Of a DNA stretch of 64,000 bases, positions 59,257 through 64,000 are shown one piece after another. Below the pieces are notes generated by a model. That model was not told the origin of the DNA and made no database searches. It worked only from the letters and a program-made list of their open reading frames with translations. The position numbers and the translations under genes are program-made. The DNA comes from Amphiscolops sp. MND2022. Lineage: Eukaryota. The stretch covers positions 22,942,001 to 23,006,000 of the forward strand of contig OZ076409.1 in the NCBI GenBank assembly GCA_964187785.1, given 5' to 3'. Within the stretch, counting starts at the first letter, position 1, and every line of letters begins with the position of its first letter.

Positions 59257-60808
59257 CTTACTTAGGCTTGGTAATTCTCGATTTTCTTTTTAAGGAAATT
59301 AGAGCAAGTTCACAAGTGACAAAGCGTGATGTTTCAAGATTTTTAATTATCGTTAAACGGAAAATAATTGTTTCGCAAAATAACAAAATTCAACTAAAAT
59401 GGCTTTTGCTCCCATTGTATTTATACTTTCCATCCCGGAAAGCGGGGAAAAGACACGAATATACTTCACATTTTGTTCAGTCCGGCGTCCGTCCGAGGCA
59501 GGGAAACAGGAAGTTCAGTTCCGCTTTGTCGAACTCAGGCTTTCAGCTTGTTCATGCTTTCCGAAGAAAGCACGCGTCCACTTCCGGTCTGAGTTGCGAC
59601 TCCGCTTCCCTTCGCCTCCAACTTCCCGCCTCTTCAGGACGCCGAACTGAAAAAACTATCAAAGACACGCGCAATGAGTCATTGAATGAGATTGATTAAC
59701 TGCACAAATTTGGGAAAAAACGATGACAACCAATTTTCCTTTACAAATATTTCTCTAAATTAAATAAATCAGCAACAATTTGGATGAAATTTAACACGAA
59801 TCACACATTAAGTTTTAAATGAAAGAGTAGATTTGCTTCTACAGTATTTACGGCTCTGATTTTTGGTTAAGATCACGAAGCCTGGTCCCAGGCCATAGTC
59901 CGGGACGGACAAATTTGTTCAATGAGTAAAGCAACTATTAATTATAAACAGCATCAGATACATTGTTCAGAAAGGTATTTAATGCAATTAAACGGCAACA
60001 GATTCAGGGAACAGGATATACATGTTATTAACACTTGGTTTGATATTCGGTACTAAATCTTTGGTCCAGGCTGCGGTTCAGGCCTGTTTATAGATTAATC
60101 AATATTTACATGTAAAAGAACGTTGTATGCGATATTTTAAACGACGAAATAGTTTAAGATCATAGATAATAATCTCTAGATTCATTTCGAGACAAAGTTA
60201 CATGACAGCATCATCATCTTTCACTTTCGTGATTGATTTATTGTATGTATATCTCAGGCCGCATCCCAGGCCGCGGTACGTGATGTTCTATTAAGTTAGC
60301 ACAGAAATCTCAATTGTTGGTATATTTGCACTCGTATTGTTAATAAATCACTGCACTAGACATTAGTTCATTTACATGTATTCATTATAGCGCGCACTTG
60401 TATATTAGTTTGCTGAGTTTACAATTCTCAGGCTGCCTGCCAGGCCGCCGCTTTAGTGCGAGTATTTGAGGCCGGCTGCCAGGCCTCAGTTCCGTCTTTA
60501 ATTTCTCGGTTCGTTCACTGAGCGGTGCAATTCGATTATTATTATTACATAGTATTGTATTATTATTAACTGCACGAATAGCTCCGTTATTCCGTAAGTA
60601 CGTATTTATATAAGTGTACATTATTATGATAATAATACTACTATGCATATATTTATTTATTCACCTTCAATTTTATATTGTTTAACTCTTTTGTTTCTGA
60701 TTGTTTGTCAGCTGTCTATTTCCTCTTCTTTTGTTCTTTTCCCAATTTATTCTTCGAAGACTGGGTTGTGTTTGTTGCAATACTCGCAGCTCAGGCGGGG
60801 CTGTGGCA
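58902..60808 (-). repeat. 5' LTR of element B (1907 bp)
   Basis: Direct repeat of 45351-47259. Confidence 0.97.
59419..59425 (-). promoter_or_regulatory. Candidate LTR TATA box (TATAAAT), ~165 bp upstream of the gag ATG
   Basis: Similarly placed TATA elements occur in the LTRs of A (34453-34459) and C (7426-7434). Confidence 0.5.
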
Positions 60809-63800
60809 GCTACTTCCATCTAATGAACTTTGCAGCATAACTAAGGAAGTCCTTGTCACATTAAGAAACCAATTCAGAGACTTCGTGGAAGCAGAAATTA
60901 ATACCAGTAAAAAGTCACTCGTTCAGGATGACCTTTTTGTATCATGACCAGTAAAATTTAAAAACACAAAAACTAGTTTTGCTGCAGAGAATTCCATCAA
61001 ATCTTTTCAAAATGGTTCTAAGTCAAGTTCTAATGTCAAACACGAACATCTAAGTTCAAAAAGTAGCTGAGGATTTGTGTTTTCCTTTGTTACATTCGTA
61101 AGTCAGTCGTTGTGGGCCTTGGAAACGCTAGTTCTTCCACCATCTAGTAAGCTGTGAAAAATTCTTACTACAAGAGCATGTTTTTACTTTGAAATTACGT
61201 CAACAAAATAAAATTGAATGAGGAGAATTTGTTCTGTGAACGTTCGATCAGTGAAAACACTTTGGTGCCTTTGCTAGTTCCCTAAGGCAGCTTTAAGTCG
61301 ATCCACCAACAAAGCCTTTTTTCGCTCTGAGCTTTTTGTACCATCTTCAACGTGAACTCTGTTTTCTCTCATGGGGACAGTAAGTCTTAGAGGCTGATAA
61401 TGGAAACTAAAAATAGAGTGTTCCCATTTATGCGCTTTGACCTAAAATCGTTTGCAATGCTTTACAAGAAAGAAGGCAGGGCTGTCGAGACTATTTTTAA
61501 AATTTTCTGTGAAACTATATTGCTGCAAGAGTTCAATGGGTTAATTTTCCTGTTAATTTTCTAAGTTCATCTTGTTAAACTAATGCCGTCAGAAGAATTC
61601 CACCAGTTCCCCCTGATGATCAACTTCTCTATGATTTTTGACAACATTCTGATTTTTCGTTGATTTCTACCAACATTTTAGCGAAATAGGCAACTTTCCG
61701 CCCCGAACTATTTCAGTTGAAACATATTCTTAAGGCTCGAGCGTTTCCACTTATCAACGAACTTAAGAAAAAAATCTAGGTTTGGCTTCGAAAGTGTGTA
61801 AAGTATCCTTTTGTTTTGGGTATTTTATGGTTCTAACTACTACACCATGCACCCATAAAAATGACATTCTCGTTTCATATTGGTTCAATTCACCAATTGT
61901 TTATGTAAAAACTTGAAAAGTTCTTTCAAAACGCATGTATATAGTCAACTACCTAGCGATCAAGACTTTCTAAAAACTAAATATAAAAAACTTAAGACAC
62001 ACTTGTAACGTAGGTGTCTCTTACGCTGAACACTACAAAAGCTTTGACTGCTTAACGAGTTAACGGTTGCCCAGCAGCTACTCTGAACTCAAAACTTCTT
62101 AGCTTTTTATTTCTGATGATCGAGAACTAAATACAAAAATACGAAACGAGTGGCTGCGAAAATTGAATGTCCTTATTGGGCCTTACCTTAGCTTTCGTTT
62201 TAATGAACTGTAACGATAAGCGCTGGCGCTTGAACCGCAACTTAGAGTGGAGGAATTAGAACAGCAAATATAATCTGGGACCAAGATCTCCGCGGCCCTA
62301 GCTCATTTTCCCTCCGAAGGAGCCAGTCCCAAGGTGGGGGAACCGTCTTGTAGGATACTCTCTGGCCTGGTCCTAGTCTGTAACTGCTAAAAGTAACAGG
62401 CATCTTGCATGACTCAAGACCACTGCTCAACTAGCCTTTAAAAATCGGGCTGAAAATCGGTGAAGGTTGAACCGTAGTATTGGAGAATCTGATAAAATCG
62501 CCAAATTGGATAAACAGATGTTATATAACAGCTCTCGAGCACATTAATTTATCACATCGAAAAATACAACAAGAAATCAAGAGTTCAGAGTCATTTGATG
62601 GAAATTGACCTCAGCTTCCCAGCGCTAGCGCTAGTTGCCACACAGGATACCGCAGGAACACTCAGGCGAACATCTGGAACACTGGTTTTCTCTACTGTAG
62701 TAACGGATATCTCCTAGAGATGGACACAATACCGTGTTCTGTATGTGTTGGGGACGTCTTTTAGTCGTCTCCGGTGCTTGTTCGTCGCGAGCAGCGATTT
62801 CTGCTTTTTTGGGGTGCTTTTTCTGGCAGGTACTTCGTCTTGAGCATGTTTGAGTGCCACGTCAAATTTGAACGAATTTTTGACAAAATTTCTAAACATG
62901 TCGGTTGATATTGCTGTACCAGAGCTTGCCGTTACATCACTCCCCAGGCTCCTGGCTTGTCGTCCCTGGCAAGCGGCGTCTGGGCTCGTCTGGAAACTGC
63001 ATCACAGTGACTGCTGGGAACCATCATCCACACATCAGGGAACAAGGACGAGTCCTTGTTTTTCGGCAACAATTTTGGTCAGTTTTTGCGGTTTTTCTCA
63101 ACAAAAAAAACTTACTGCCTAGCTACTTGTACAAAACGCGAACGAGGTTTTAGCACCAGCTCGAGAGCTAAAGTTTTCAGCCGGTTAAATCTCGTTTGGG
63201 CAGCCAATTTGCGTAAAAACTTTATTTGCGACCAAAGTCAGCTAAAATTTCTTTTCCTAAGCATTTGAAACTTGTAGTCTTCAATTCATTTCTGGCGATT
63301 TAAAACTTTTTTTAGAGCTTGCGGGCTCTTACAGTAAACAACCAAATTGATAAAGAACACTAGACTAGAAAGAAAAATGCAACCAAGAGGGATAAAACTT
63401 CTTTTGATGGTGACAACTCAAAAACACCGCGAACGGTGTGCAACAAAAATAGCAGTTTTCTGAATAATAGTTTCTCTTTTCTTTCTGCTTGGTAGCTCAA
63501 ACCACTGGTGCAGGCGTACTCTATTGGCCGTACACCCAGTGCAACACTAATGGTACACTAATCATATAACCATAACTATGAACAAAAATTGCACTTCGTA
63601 TTGTAGCACCGTTCTGGATGAGAAGTTCTAAGGCACTGTTTTGTTGGCAGTTTTTCGAGACTGGGAGCGCGAACGCTCCCGTTAGCGGCTGGGTTCATTG
63701 AGCCGAACTGCGTCGGGTCCGCTCTTTGGTGGTATCATCGGGGGTCTGTTCTGCATTATCAGTCGACACTGACGCTCGACGTCGGGGAGAGACTTCTCTG

Positions 63801-64000
63801 GCAACCGTTTCAGAGTCCGACAGATCTTCGGGGAGCGATAACTCGGCGATGGGCTGCACTAGCGCTGCATTGGGAGTCAACTCAGCTGCATGCTCTCCTG
63901 ACTGCTGCTGCGAGGACTGAGGACTAGTTCGTGACGATGACGGGCCAACTGGTTCTGGCTCCAAGTTGTGGGTTGGAAGGTTAATGGTGATCGGTTGAGA

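Larger units (their letters stand above)
45351..60808 (-). mobile_element. Element B: full-length 15,458-bp Ty3/Gypsy LTR retrotransposon
   Basis: Near-identical TG..CA LTRs; GCTAC TSD at 45346-45350 and 60809-60813; PBS; gag-PR-RT-RH-IN order. Confidence 0.98.

Noticed and set aside
63695..63964. Low-complexity minus-strand ORF at the window edge
   Set aside because: Could be the tail of another element's ORF, but it has no recognisable motif and its context lies outside the window.

Overview
Eukaryotic, probably metazoan, AT-rich window made almost entirely of transposable elements; I can support no host gene. It holds three divergent members of one unusual clade of large Ty3/Gypsy LTR retrotransposons. 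Element C (1..8131, +) is the 3' half only. Element A (~20252..34850, -) is decayed and its 5' LTR is truncated at a LINE junction. Element B (45351..60808, -) is full length (15.5 kb) with 1.9-kb LTRs and a GCTAC target-site duplication. The elements share an architecture not explained by standard gag-pol: (i) the Gag N-terminus is encoded inside the LTR (~118 codons in B, ~183 in C) and reads through the LTR end and PBS; (ii) a -1 frameshift site (A AAA AAC-stop, seen in A and B) leads into pol via a conserved unknown pre-protease domain; (iii) between pol and the 3' LTR lies an ANTISENSE, spliceosomal-intron-containing gene for a BED-zinc-finger protein that resembles a catalytically dead hAT transposase (intact 1209-aa spliced model in C); (iv) a divergent acidic sense ORF crosses the PPT position into U3 in the same phase in all three; (v) A and B carry family-specific paired direct-repeat motifs in U3. 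The remainder is a CR1/L2-like LINE relic with a 2A-like motif, a BEL/Pao fragment with a tRNA-Trp PBS, hAT relics, Helentron-associated (HINE/DINE-1-like) elements, CCC...GGG MITEs, a tandem duplication and an 84-bp perfect palindrome. All homology statements come from alignment by eye; no searches were run.
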